58,406 nt of DNA, from the IMG/VR virus record IMGVR_UViG_3300042196_000102, positions 1-58,406 of that record. One strand, 5' to 3'. Numbering within the stretch: position 1 is the first letter of the stretch; each line of letters opens with the position of its first letter. Below, piece after piece: positions 47,171-55,509 of the stretch. The position numbers and the translations under genes were made by a program. Below the pieces are notes generated by a model. It ran no database searches. It had not been told where the DNA came from and worked only from the letters and a program-made list of their open reading frames with translations. Source of the DNA: a virus.

Positions 47171-48592
47171 TCATAAGTACTCCCTTCTAAACCCTCTCAC
47201 CTTCCCCTCCAACACCCTCTTTAGCCTCAAGGTCCCTATGGCATCCTGCCCCGCGTAGTCCACGGCCTCCTGCTCCGGCACGTGGGCCAGAGAGGGCTGG
47301 GGCAACTCCTCCCTCATCAACTCAAACAGGAGGGCCTGGTCCTGGGCGTGCCACCCGTCCCACCGCTTCCAGGGGTCCACCTCGCCCCCTTCCCTTGCCG
47401 CCCTCTTGTCCCGATCCCTCAGCACCCCCTGCACTTTCCTCCAGGTCTTCACCTGCCCCTTAGGTGCATCGACCCACACCCTCTCCTCCTGTTGGCCCTT
47501 CCGTGGTCCCCCACGCAGGGTGTGCTGGTAGGTGTACTGGCCCCTACACTCCTCGCTTGCCCGCTCCAGCCACCCGTAGGCCACTTGGCGGGAGTGTGGG
47601 TACGTGACCTCTTCGTAAGACCGCATCCTCATCCCCAGCAGGCGGTAGGAGAGGGCCTTCAGACCTTGCGGAAGGTAGCCCAGGACGTAGGCGGCTTGCA
47701 TAGTGTCAAAGAACTTAGTGATGGGGGGGCAGCCCATGGCGGTGAGGACCGGGTTGTCGTGAAGGTAAGGGTGGAGGATGACCAGCGGCTCCTGTGCCCT
47801 CTCGTACCCGCCGCTATCGTAGTATAGCCACCCTGTATACCATTGAACAAACAAATCCAGAGCGGGTGTACTCGGCCTTACCACATACCCACTGTCCGGC
47901 TGCCAAGCAAAGGACAAACAGAAAGGGTCCTCTTTAGTGCCTTCCGTATCCACCGCAATCTCGGGGGGGTCCTCTAGGATCAACCCGGCGTCGAGCACAT
48001 CCTGGGCTGTGTGGAGTAGTCGGCACGTCCGGTTAGGGTATTGGTCCGTTGGGGCCACCAGTTCCCCCCTCAAGTAGCGCCCGAGGTCCTGGAAATCCTG
48101 CCTCAGCCTCAGTATCCATTGCCCTTCGTGTAACCCCGCCGCCGGGTGATACACCGGGAAGACTGTACCCTCCCACTCCCCCCCGAGCAGGGAGTTGGTT
48201 TGGGGCAACCCGTGCTCCGTGTCGAGGTCGATAGGGGTGTCAAACAGGGAGCAGGCCACGGCACCCATCGGCACAACCACCTCCGGGCGGCAGTACCGCA
48301 GCTCCTTGGGGAGGTGGAACTGGGAGCACTGGAGGGCCTCCTGGGGGCTGGGGTTGAAGAAGCCAGAGCGGGGGGAGCGGCAGGCGTTGGTGGTGTACAC
48401 CTCGGAGCGGAGAAGGCCGGCCAGGGGGAGGTAGTGGCGGTCGTACTCCTTACCTGCCCGGCCCGCGAAGTTGCGCCCTTCCCGCTCTTCGTCCCGCGCA
48501 GGGCCTTCCCCGATGAACATAGTGGGGCAGGGAGTGGGGCCGTCCGGGGGGATGTCGCGGCCAAGGCAGACGGGGCAATGGGAAAGGGGCAT
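47171..48592 (-). CDS. UDG-family-4-like domain fused to a 3'-5' exonuclease domain (split PolA, N-terminal part)
   Basis: 473 aa. The UDG-like motifs are MFIGEGPARDEEREGRNFAGRAG and HPAAGL. The Exo motifs are IAVDTEG (D-x-E) and VDYAGQDA (Y-x3-D). Confidence 0.8.
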   Translation of the reverse strand: MPLSHCPVCLGRDIPPDGPTPCPTMFIGEGPARDEEREGRNFAGRAGKEYDRHYLPLAGLLRSEVYTTNACRSPRSGFFNPSPQEALQCSQFHLPKELRYCRPEVVVPMGAVACSLFDTPIDLDTEHGLPQTNSLLGGEWEGTVFPVYHPAAGLHEGQWILRLRQDFQDLGRYLRGELVAPTDQYPNRTCRLLHTAQDVLDAGLILEDPPEIAVDTEGTKEDPFCLSFAWQPDSGYVVRPSTPALDLFVQWYTGWLYYDSGGYERAQEPLVILHPYLHDNPVLTAMGCPPITKFFDTMQAAYVLGYLPQGLKALSYRLLGMRMRSYEEVTYPHSRQVAYGWLERASEECRGQYTYQHTLRGGPRKGQQEERVWVDAPKGQVKTWRKVQGVLRDRDKRAAREGGEVDPWKRWDGWHAQDQALLFELMREELPQPSLAHVPEQEAVDYAGQDAIGTLRLKRVLEGKVRGFRREYL

Positions 48593-48595
48593 CGT

Positions 48596-48820
48596 TCACC
48601 GGCCAGTCACTTCATGGGCCACCCGCCCCATCACTCCAGTCCCAGGATACAGGTCCACAACCTCATCACCGGGTTGCACGTTCAGCATCGCGGAAAGTGC
48701 CCATCCATCAGGAAAGTCTGACACAAGCATCTGGATGAGGGCCACGTGGTCTACTTCCTCAGAGTTGTAATGGCGTTTGGCTTGTCCGACGTAAGGGGGA
48801 TCAGCATAGGCAAAGATCAC
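48596..48820 (-). CDS. 74-aa miniature or relic DNA methyltransferase-like ORF
   Basis: YADPPYVG (motif IV) lies at residues 5-12 and VVDLYPGTG (motif-I-like) only about 45 aa later. The usual ~150-200-aa intervening region is absent. Confidence 0.4.
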   Translation of the reverse strand: MIFAYADPPYVGQAKRHYNSEEVDHVALIQMLVSDFPDGWALSAMLNVQPGDEVVDLYPGTGVMGRVAHEVTGR

Positions 48821-49038
48821 TCAATCCCCCTACCATCCCGTAGTCCCCCGTAAGTGGGTTGCCATACGCCACTCCCATCCTGGTACCATGCCCAATTTTT
48901 GAGTTGTTCCCCGGTCTCCAAGTCATAGGCCCGATCACAACGGGTGCAGAACTTGTGTGGTCCTTCGCCAGTCCGCCAACTGGTCTTGTAGACAAGCGGC
49001 TTGCGTCCGCAGCAACGGCCTTTGTCGTCCAGTCTCAC
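48817..49038 (-). CDS. Small Zn-ribbon protein (73 aa)
   Basis: GTG 49038 overlaps the upstream TGA (GTGA). It has CCGRK ... CTRC. Confidence 0.45.
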   Translation of the reverse strand: MRLDDKGRCCGRKPLVYKTSWRTGEGPHKFCTRCDRAYDLETGEQLKNWAWYQDGSGVWQPTYGGLRDGRGIE

Positions 49039-49256
49039 TCTATCCTCCCGTGCCGCACCTCGCCCTCCTCCACCTTCCTGACCACCACCCCACCCTCCCC
49101 GTAGAACCGCCGGAGCCAACTCACTAATTCCCATAGCCCGACCCCGACCCATACCCTCCAGTGGGCGGGGGCTTGGGTGATGATGGCCGAGGGTCCAGGG
49201 CCGGCCACCTGCACCTCCCCGGTCACGTAAGGGGCGCTGATCCAGTACTTAGTCAT
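49035..49256 (-). CDS. Hypothetical protein (73 aa)
   Basis: ATGA overlap with the upstream gene. Confidence 0.45.
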   Translation of the reverse strand: MTKYWISAPYVTGEVQVAGPGPSAIITQAPAHWRVWVGVGLWELVSWLRRFYGEGGVVVRKVEEGEVRHGRIE

Positions 49257-49462
49257 GGCTCATCATCCGGCCTACGCAGAGGCCAGGTGTTAAGTCCGTA
49301 AGCAAGCAAGTCCTGGGCAACAATTGACAGCTCCTTTGATGCCTTTGCCGCCCGATCTGACAGCGCTCTGCCCTCTTTAGTCCCCCATGATTCCAGGGCT
49401 ACCTCATCAACCAATACCGAGGCTTCAAGCAACTTTATTACACGTTTTTGTAACTCCCACAT
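49253..49462 (-). CDS. Hypothetical protein (69 aa)
   Basis: Small helical ORF that fills the gap between its neighbours. Confidence 0.45.
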   Translation of the reverse strand: MWELQKRVIKLLEASVLVDEVALESWGTKEGRALSDRAAKASKELSIVAQDLLAYGLNTWPLRRPDDEP

Positions 49463-49463
49463 C

Positions 49464-50234
49464 TCAACTCCTTTCTGGTTCCGTCAACTGCCTGACAATG
49501 GACTGGGCTATGGAAGGCCCAATCCCTACCACCTCCTGCAACTCCCTCTCCGTGGCGATACACAGGTCCAACACCGTCCTGAACCGTTGGGCCAGTGGCC
49601 CACTGCGCTCCCAGCCCACGTGCTCAAGCTGGACGGCCACCCTCCTGACCACCGAGGGCTTCACCAGCATGACCGTGGGGGGCGGCGGGGTGTAGATGGC
49701 AAAGCAGGACTTGTGCTCCTCCCATTCCTTATCGTTGAACCACCGGTACAGGTTCACCAGTTGGGTGGCCGTGGAGGGGGCGTCGGGGGACCACTTCACC
49801 TTGACTGGGGTGTGGAGGGCCTGCGTGGTCAAGAAGTTGTCCATCTCGGAATAGGGGAACCCGCTCTGCCCCACCCTTACGTCATACCATCCCAACCACC
49901 CCCGGTTCTCGTCCCCGTCCCGAGGCTTGAACCAGCCCTGCTCCATCACCGCTGTTTGGGGGTTGGGGCGCACCAAGCCCTCCACAATGAGGAAAGCGAA
50001 GTCGTGCTCCCCTACCAGCTTGCGCAACTGTTCGCCGGCATACCTTCCACTGCGGGCGGAGTGCATGAGGTCACGCAGGACCTTTCTCTCACACCCTACT
50101 TTGCATCGGCCTTTTGGCCCCCAACCCTCAAAGGCAAAATCGGTGGGCAGCTCGGTGATCTGCACCGGGACCCCCCGCGACTGGATGAGGGGAGCGATCT
50201 CTACCGATCCGGCGCGACGATCCACCAGAATCAC
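49464..50234 (-). CDS. ERCC4-type (XPF/Mus81-like) nuclease with a C-terminal helix-hairpin-helix
   Basis: The core is GCERKVLRDL (ERK motif) and the HhH is VVGIGPSIAQSIV. The start is probably GTG 50234 (GTGA overlap) or GTG 50225, not the track start at 50345. Confidence 0.75.
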   Translation of the reverse strand: MILVDRRAGSVEIAPLIQSRGVPVQITELPTDFAFEGWGPKGRCKVGCERKVLRDLMHSARSGRYAGEQLRKLVGEHDFAFLIVEGLVRPNPQTAVMEQGWFKPRDGDENRGWLGWYDVRVGQSGFPYSEMDNFLTTQALHTPVKVKWSPDAPSTATQLVNLYRWFNDKEWEEHKSCFAIYTPPPPTVMLVKPSVVRRVAVQLEHVGWERSGPLAQRFRTVLDLCIATERELQEVVGIGPSIAQSIVRQLTEPERS

Positions 50235-51517
50235 TCCTTTGCCTCCGCCCCTGCCAAGACAGCAGCACAGCGGGCCTCGTGAATCCGGGTGTAGTCGGGG
50301 TTGGACTCGATGGCCGTTACCTCCTCCCACCCGGCCAACTGGCACCCGATGGCCTCGGAGCCGGAGCCGGAGAAAGGGACTAGGATGCGGCGAGGGGAAG
50401 AGGGGCGGGGAGGTGGGAGGAGGAGGGAGGCAAGGTAACGGCAGAGGTCCAAGGGTTTGACCGTGGGGTGGTCGTTGCCCTCTCCGCGCTCCTTGCGGCT
50501 GGCCTTGGCACAGTAGAAGAAGCGGGAGGCGCCGCCGGAGTCGCCAAAGCGCATCCCGTTACCATCATGCTGCCCGACACCGAATAAACCGCCATCGCTA
50601 TCCTGAACACTTCTCCCACCCGAACGCTTGGAACCGGCAGAATGAATCACCCTATCTGTTTGCGCATCCAGCATCGCCGCCGCCTCCTCATCGAGCAGCA
50701 GGTTGGCGGGCCAGCGGCCTAACACTTCTGACTTCTCTTGGGCCTCCGCGCTACGTTGCCGCATAGCCTCGCGTGCCGCACTATCCCGCATCCAAGGCCG
50801 TTGCCAACCTTCATGATGATTCTCTGCCTTTTTCCCGCAAGTGGAACCACCACCTTGCAGCGATTCACCAGTCGGAACAATCCTCCCCGCGTCAATCGCC
50901 AGTCCCGCCGCCCCCCACTTCAGCGCGTTCTCTGCAAACGTCCCCTCGCACGGCTTCATGGCGACCAGGATGGGCTCCCAGGCGGGCTTGAAGGCGGTGC
51001 CGTGACCAAACCAAGCCTGTGCTTCGGGAACGAGATCGCGGCGAACATTTTCCGTCTGCTCTCGCATGAACTGCCCCGGCCCCGCACCAAATCCGCGACC
51101 GGACGGGTTCTCTTCCGAGCATCCACCCTTGTATTTTCCATGTCCGGACGACGTAGGGTCCGGCCCACCCTGAGGGAACCCGCGCACGGCCTTGTCAATC
51201 GCCTTACTCACATCCAGCGACTTCGGGAACCCCGTCCCGTAGAGCCACATCATCGTATCCCGCAACTCAAACCCGGCATCCTCAATCGCCACGGCCAGCC
51301 GGTGCCACGTCCGCGTGCCCCCAAAGGCCATCAGGAACGCCCCAGGCTTGAGCACCCGCCACACCTCCCGCCACACGCCTACACCCGGCACCCCGTGATC
51401 CCATTCCTTGCCCATGAACCCCAACCCATACGGCGGATCGCAGAAACAGGCGTCGAAGGTACAGTCCTCAAAGGCAGGTAGGGCCTCCTGCACCAACATG
51501 GGGATGATATCTACCAT
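50231..51517 (-). CDS. DNA methyltransferase (N6-adenine/N4-cytosine, beta class)
   Basis: 428 aa. Motif IV is FCDPPYGLG near the N terminus and motif I is ILVPFSGSGSE near the C terminus. Confidence 0.85.
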   Translation of the reverse strand: MVDIIPMLVQEALPAFEDCTFDACFCDPPYGLGFMGKEWDHGVPGVGVWREVWRVLKPGAFLMAFGGTRTWHRLAVAIEDAGFELRDTMMWLYGTGFPKSLDVSKAIDKAVRGFPQGGPDPTSSGHGKYKGGCSEENPSGRGFGAGPGQFMREQTENVRRDLVPEAQAWFGHGTAFKPAWEPILVAMKPCEGTFAENALKWGAAGLAIDAGRIVPTGESLQGGGSTCGKKAENHHEGWQRPWMRDSAAREAMRQRSAEAQEKSEVLGRWPANLLLDEEAAAMLDAQTDRVIHSAGSKRSGGRSVQDSDGGLFGVGQHDGNGMRFGDSGGASRFFYCAKASRKERGEGNDHPTVKPLDLCRYLASLLLPPPRPSSPRRILVPFSGSGSEAIGCQLAGWEEVTAIESNPDYTRIHEARCAAVLAGAEAKE

Positions 51518-52065
51518 GGCACGTCGTCGGCGTGGTACTCCCTGACCAGCATGAGCAGCAATCCCAAGTAGTTGTACCCTCTCCCATCCGATACCCCCCA
51601 GAACGTGTCCCCCCTCTCGTTCACCTCCACCAACTCCCTCTCCCCTGTCTCCTCCAACCTCCTTGCCAAGTACGGGTCCTCAAACTTCACCCCGAGCAAG
51701 GCGTGCATCAACTGGACTTTGTTCTCTTCCCACCCCTTAGCCAACTCCACCGTGCGCCCCAGCTTCTTAGCCTCTCCAGGTTTCTCGCAGGCCCAGATCC
51801 TGGTGGCCTCCTCCCCCCTCACGCACTTGGAGGCTTGGAAGGCATGCTCCAGGGTCCGCCACTGGCGCCCGCACCACTCGAAGTTACGGAGGGGGTAGAA
51901 GTTGGAGAGGAAGGCCCAGGAGTCACGGAAGGGGCCAATGATACCGGGGTGGAGAGGGTAGAGCGGAGGGAGGTTGGAGGCAATAATTGGGGGTCGATCC
52001 GGGGGTTGGTCTTGAGGTATATCATCCCCCTGTTGACGGGCCTCGTTGAAGATTCCGTAGCCCAT
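51511..52065 (-). CDS. NADAR (YbiA/DUF1768) family protein
   Basis: 184 aa from ATG 52065. The hallmark is FLSNFYPLRNFEWCGRQWRTLEHAFQASK. Confidence 0.8.
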   Translation of the reverse strand: MGYGIFNEARQQGDDIPQDQPPDRPPIIASNLPPLYPLHPGIIGPFRDSWAFLSNFYPLRNFEWCGRQWRTLEHAFQASKCVRGEEATRIWACEKPGEAKKLGRTVELAKGWEENKVQLMHALLGVKFEDPYLARRLEETGERELVEVNERGDTFWGVSDGRGYNYLGLLLMLVREYHADDVPW

Positions 52066-52073
52066 TAGTTTGC

Positions 52074-52313
52074 TCAGAAGGCCGGCGGGAATGCCCGATC
52101 CACACGGGAAGCTGCAAGGGCACGGCGACACTCTTCTACCGGTCGCTCCAGATCGGCAACCAAATGTTGGAATACCTCCACCCCCACCCCTGGGACCTCG
52201 TAGTAGTCGTCCAAACCCGCATCTTCCGGCTCGATGTGCTTGGATAAGGCAAGAACGTCATAACTCAACCGGATACGCTTCTCCACTTCGATCAACTCAT
52301 ACTCGGTAATCAC
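52074..52313 (-). CDS. Hypothetical protein (79 aa)
   Basis: GTG 52313 overlaps the HNH gene's TGA (GTGA). Confidence 0.45.
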   Translation of the reverse strand: MITEYELIEVEKRIRLSYDVLALSKHIEPEDAGLDDYYEVPGVGVEVFQHLVADLERPVEECRRALAASRVDRAFPPAF

Positions 52314-52726
52314 TTTGGTGCCTCCTCCAGTTGGTTGACCCAATCCGGCAGCTCCAAGTCCGCCACCCACCCCCAGCCCTCCACCTTCCCCCGGACCCGC
52401 CGCAGATTGGTCGCGTGCGCACTGGAGATGGCATCGTGTATCCGCTTGTCGAGCAGCAGCAGGTTAGCGGGGCAATTGTGGGTGCGCCGGTGGTCCACGT
52501 GCTCCACGGTAAAGGGGGTGCCTTCCGAGGTGCCATCCTGGATCGTGGGCAGGTTGCCCTTGAGAGGGTAAGGCCACAGCCGCCCCGACCTTTCAACGGA
52601 CTCCAGGCACATCCGGTACATGATGCGACGGTGCTCCAGCCACCCGTAGTATGCCCCTCGGCGGGTAACTTGCAAGTACCCCTTGGCGTGGAGGCGGAGA
52701 CCGGAGCCGGTGCCCTTACGCGGCAT
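52310..52726 (-). CDS. HNH endonuclease
   Basis: 138 aa with VEHVDHRRTHNCPANLLLLDKRIH (His-Asn-His motif). Confidence 0.8.
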   Translation of the reverse strand: MPRKGTGSGLRLHAKGYLQVTRRGAYYGWLEHRRIMYRMCLESVERSGRLWPYPLKGNLPTIQDGTSEGTPFTVEHVDHRRTHNCPANLLLLDKRIHDAISSAHATNLRRVRGKVEGWGWVADLELPDWVNQLEEAPK

Positions 52727-52937
52727 CCCAGCCCCCTCCCCCTAGTCTCTCCAATTCCTCCATCAGGATGGCCCGCACTTTGTGGACCCGGCACAGGCCA
52801 ACCAGCGAGTATGGGCATATCCTTCCCTGGGAATCTGCAATGATGGTGAGGCAACTCCGCCCCGCCTCGCACGGCTCTAGGCTAACCTTGCTGGTGATGC
52901 GACCAATAAGACGGGCTACGGGGTTACTGTTTGCCAC
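52716..52937 (-). CDS. Hypothetical protein (73 aa)
   Basis: GTG 52937 follows an AAAGGGGGG SD. Confidence 0.4.
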   Translation of the reverse strand: MANSNPVARLIGRITSKVSLEPCEAGRSCLTIIADSQGRICPYSLVGLCRVHKVRAILMEELERLGGGGWDAA

Positions 52938-53193
52938 GTCGCCCCCCTTTCTTCTCCTGTGCTTTCCGTCTCGTGATCGCACCCCGGCCCACCCCGTGCT
53001 CCCACACCCCTTCTATGCTCTGCAACACCTCCCGGACGGAGGCGGCGGCCATATACAGGTGGTGCTGAGTCTGTAGCAGTCGGTTGACGAGCCAATCCAC
53101 CCTGGCCTCACGCCCGAGGACCCAATTTATCTTGTCCTCAATTCCCACCCTCTCATTCAATGCTTTTGCCGCCGACCCTTGTTTGACACTCAT
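52924..53193 (-). CDS. Hypothetical protein (89 aa)
   Basis: ATG 53193 overlaps the upstream TGA (ATGA). Confidence 0.45.
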   Translation of the reverse strand: MSVKQGSAAKALNERVGIEDKINWVLGREARVDWLVNRLLQTQHHLYMAAASVREVLQSIEGVWEHGVGRGAITRRKAQEKKGGRRGKQ

Positions 53194-53990
53194 AGCCAGT
53201 ACTCCACCGGCAGTTCCGGGTAGACCATCGAGGCCAAGCTGGGAAAGTTGCATCCAAGCCGGTCAGGTGGAATCCCATCCCCCTCCAGTTCCAAGCCTGT
53301 TACGTCCGGTGTCTGCCTGCTCACCCCCACCACCCGCGCCCCAAACCTTCCAGGCTCCTCCCCGGTGGGGTCCACAAAGTAGTGCTCCAGCTTCATGTCC
53401 ACCAGGTACGGGGCGTCCCCAAACCCGGCAAACTCGTACCGCCCCGTCCAGGAGTCGTCCCCCTTCTTGTTCTGCTTGTACTCCTTCTTCTGCTTGTGAA
53501 TCCAGATACAGTTGAGGTCTTCCCGCTGATAAGCCCGCTTGATGAGGTTGCGCATGATCTTGTTGACCTCAACGTAATGGTGAGGCTTGACCTGGGAGAT
53601 TTTCCCGAACTTGGCCAGCCGGAGGGTTTCATATACCTCCGTCCCTGTATCTACAACCAGAGTGCGTATCTTGGGGTTGTCCATCCCCGCGATGATGGCC
53701 CCACTCAATTTCTCCCACTCCCTTTGCGCTTCGTCCTGGTTGTCGATGTCCGACACGTCAACCATACTCAGGATGATCTGCTTGGAGGACAGGAACTTGC
53801 CGGCCACTTCCTCCGTGCCGGTGTCGGTGGCCACAGCAGCGATGGGTCCGGGGGCGGTGAAGGCGAAATGTGTCTTGCCGGCTTTTTCCCGTGCGCAGGT
53901 GCAGAGGACGAGACGCTTCTGGGCCTTTACACGCACATGGAAGAAGCCCGCTTTCGTAAGGCTGGGGTCGAGCACAATGGGTTGGGTCAT
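53190..53990 (-). CDS. Sak4-like / AAA_24 RecA-fold ATPase (recombination)
   Basis: 266 aa. Walker A is AREKAGKT and Walker B is TLVVDTGTE. The size and context are typical of phage Sak4-type proteins. Confidence 0.7.
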   Translation of the reverse strand: MTQPIVLDPSLTKAGFFHVRVKAQKRLVLCTCAREKAGKTHFAFTAPGPIAAVATDTGTEEVAGKFLSSKQIILSMVDVSDIDNQDEAQREWEKLSGAIIAGMDNPKIRTLVVDTGTEVYETLRLAKFGKISQVKPHHYVEVNKIMRNLIKRAYQREDLNCIWIHKQKKEYKQNKKGDDSWTGRYEFAGFGDAPYLVDMKLEHYFVDPTGEEPGRFGARVVGVSRQTPDVTGLELEGDGIPPDRLGCNFPSLASMVYPELPVEYWL

Positions 53991-54373
53991 TTGGTTGCCC
54001 CCTTCGCCCTTTCTTCAGCTACCAGCCGGTTCAAGTGGTAGATAACTGTGTCCACCGGGGAGGCGGCAGTCGAAGGTGCCGGCCAGGGGCAACCCCGCAG
54101 CCACACCGTCAGCTTGTTCAGTTCGGCCCGTGCCGCAAGGTAGTCCTGATAGACGTTCTCCTGATAGGCGCGTTGGCCCGGCAGCGGGTCGTGGGCCTCC
54201 AGCATGAGGGCGGGGCGGCCATTGGCAAGGCAATAGTCCCGCTCGGAGGCGCAATTGTCGCGGTCCTCGTGGAAGTGGACACGCCCCTGGGCGACGTAGG
54301 CGAGGCCCTTGTCGATGAGCCAGCCGGGGACGCGAGGGAGTTTAGGGAGCACCAGAAGGAGGAAGCGGGTCAT
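53987..54373 (-). CDS. Hypothetical protein (128 aa)
   Basis: ATGA overlaps on both sides. No motif recognised. Confidence 0.55.
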   Translation of the reverse strand: MTRFLLLVLPKLPRVPGWLIDKGLAYVAQGRVHFHEDRDNCASERDYCLANGRPALMLEAHDPLPGQRAYQENVYQDYLAARAELNKLTVWLRGCPWPAPSTAASPVDTVIYHLNRLVAEERAKGATK

Positions 54374-54474
54374 TGGGCTGCCTTCTCGGTCTGTATCTCG
54401 GAGGCTAGGGACTCCACCACAAAAGGGTCTCCCTTGTTCTCACAGGCTGTAATCTGCACAAACTTACTCTCCAT
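54370..54474 (-). CDS. Possible 34-aa coupled ORF (below the track cutoff)
   Basis: My own translation reads MESKFVQITACENKGDPFVVESLASEIQTEKAAQ. Its stop overlaps the next ATG (ATGA). It fills the 54374-54463 gap. Confidence 0.3.
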   Translation of the reverse strand: MESKFVQITACENKGDPFVVESLASEIQTEKAAQ

Positions 54475-55114
54475 ACAAGTATCTCCTCTCCTTCATCAAT
54501 AATTCCCAGTTGCACTCCAACTCCCTCTCCTCAAACTCTCTCTGGTACACCATCGGCAGAGGGCCACTACCCCGGTAATCCCCGTTCAGGTACAGCACGT
54601 GCAGGTAGCCGACCGTGGACTGCATGAGAGTGAGGTACCCTTTGAGTTGCGCCCACCACAGCCACCTGTCCGAGATGTCTTTGGGGGATGGCTCCACCTT
54701 GTAACCCAGTGCCCCCTCAATTGCCTCAGGTGCCCATATCCCACCGGGAATCCGTACCCACGTCGCCTTGACCTCGTGGACCGCATTCTCCACCGGGTCA
54801 AACAGGTCTATGGTCCCGATCACCCCATCCGTCTCCACCTCCCCCGGATGGTACACCCACTGGGGATTGCGCTTGGCCAGGAAGTCCTCCCACGCGCACC
54901 CGACCAGCATCCGGTACACGGCCCGCCACGAGAAACCGTCATTGGTGGAGTCCCCTGCCATTGCCGCCTCCACCTCCTCCCGGTCCTCATCCTCTTTGAG
55001 CAACCCGGTGCGAAGGGCCACGGAGCGGACCAGCTCCGACAGATGGGGGCCGGGGGACCGGGGGGCGTCCTGGGGCGTGCGGAGGGTGAGGGGTTCCAGG
55101 CTGGTGGTTAGCAT
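54464..55114 (-). CDS. PD-(D/E)XK nuclease (Cas4/RecB-like exonuclease fold)
   Basis: 216 aa with GTIDLFD ... VHEVKAT (D ... E-x-K). Confidence 0.7.
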   Translation of the reverse strand: MLTTSLEPLTLRTPQDAPRSPGPHLSELVRSVALRTGLLKEDEDREEVEAAMAGDSTNDGFSWRAVYRMLVGCAWEDFLAKRNPQWVYHPGEVETDGVIGTIDLFDPVENAVHEVKATWVRIPGGIWAPEAIEGALGYKVEPSPKDISDRWLWWAQLKGYLTLMQSTVGYLHVLYLNGDYRGSGPLPMVYQREFEERELECNWELLMKERRYLYGE

Positions 55115-55362
55115 TTGGACTCCTTGACGATCCTATGCACCCCGTCCCCCTTCCCACACCCCGGACACCCCTTCCACTCGCTGCCGCACCCGTCACACTT
55201 GACCCACCCCTTGCGCCAGTCGTGCTCATCCATCAACACATCCACAAACAGGACCAGCCCGCCCACCAGGAAGAGGTACACCCAGACGGCAGTGGGGGCG
55301 GTGGGCCATACAGCCGGGGGCCGATCAGGACGGCGAGAAACAGCAGGCAGATGGCAAAGCAT
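55108..55362 (-). CDS. Membrane-anchored small Zn-ribbon protein (84 aa)
   Basis: ATG 55362 follows an AAGGAGAGG SD. The TM helix is VWVYLFLVGGLVLFV, and it has CDGC ... CPGC. Confidence 0.55.
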   Translation of the reverse strand: MLCHLPAVSRRPDRPPAVWPTAPTAVWVYLFLVGGLVLFVDVLMDEHDWRKGWVKCDGCGSEWKGCPGCGKGDGVHRIVKESKC

Positions 55363-55394
55363 TTAGCTAGTCCTCTCCTTAAGGTCCTCCCCCT

Positions 55395-55440
55395 AAAAAA
55401 GGTGGGGCGGGCGGGTGGTCAGTCCGTTTGGCCCCGCCCC
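55395..55440 (-). terminator. Rho-independent terminator
   Basis: The minus strand reads GGGGCGGGG, a loop, CCCGCCCC, ACC, then TTTTTT. The arms are at 55432-55440 and 55404-55411 and the T run is the complement of 55395-55400. It follows the 277-aa gene. Confidence 0.7.
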
Positions 55441-55509
55441 GGTCCACAGCACCAAGCCCCCGGAGCGTATAGGGGGCGGTGCTCATCGGAGGAGCCTTTT
55501 GGGGCCAGG

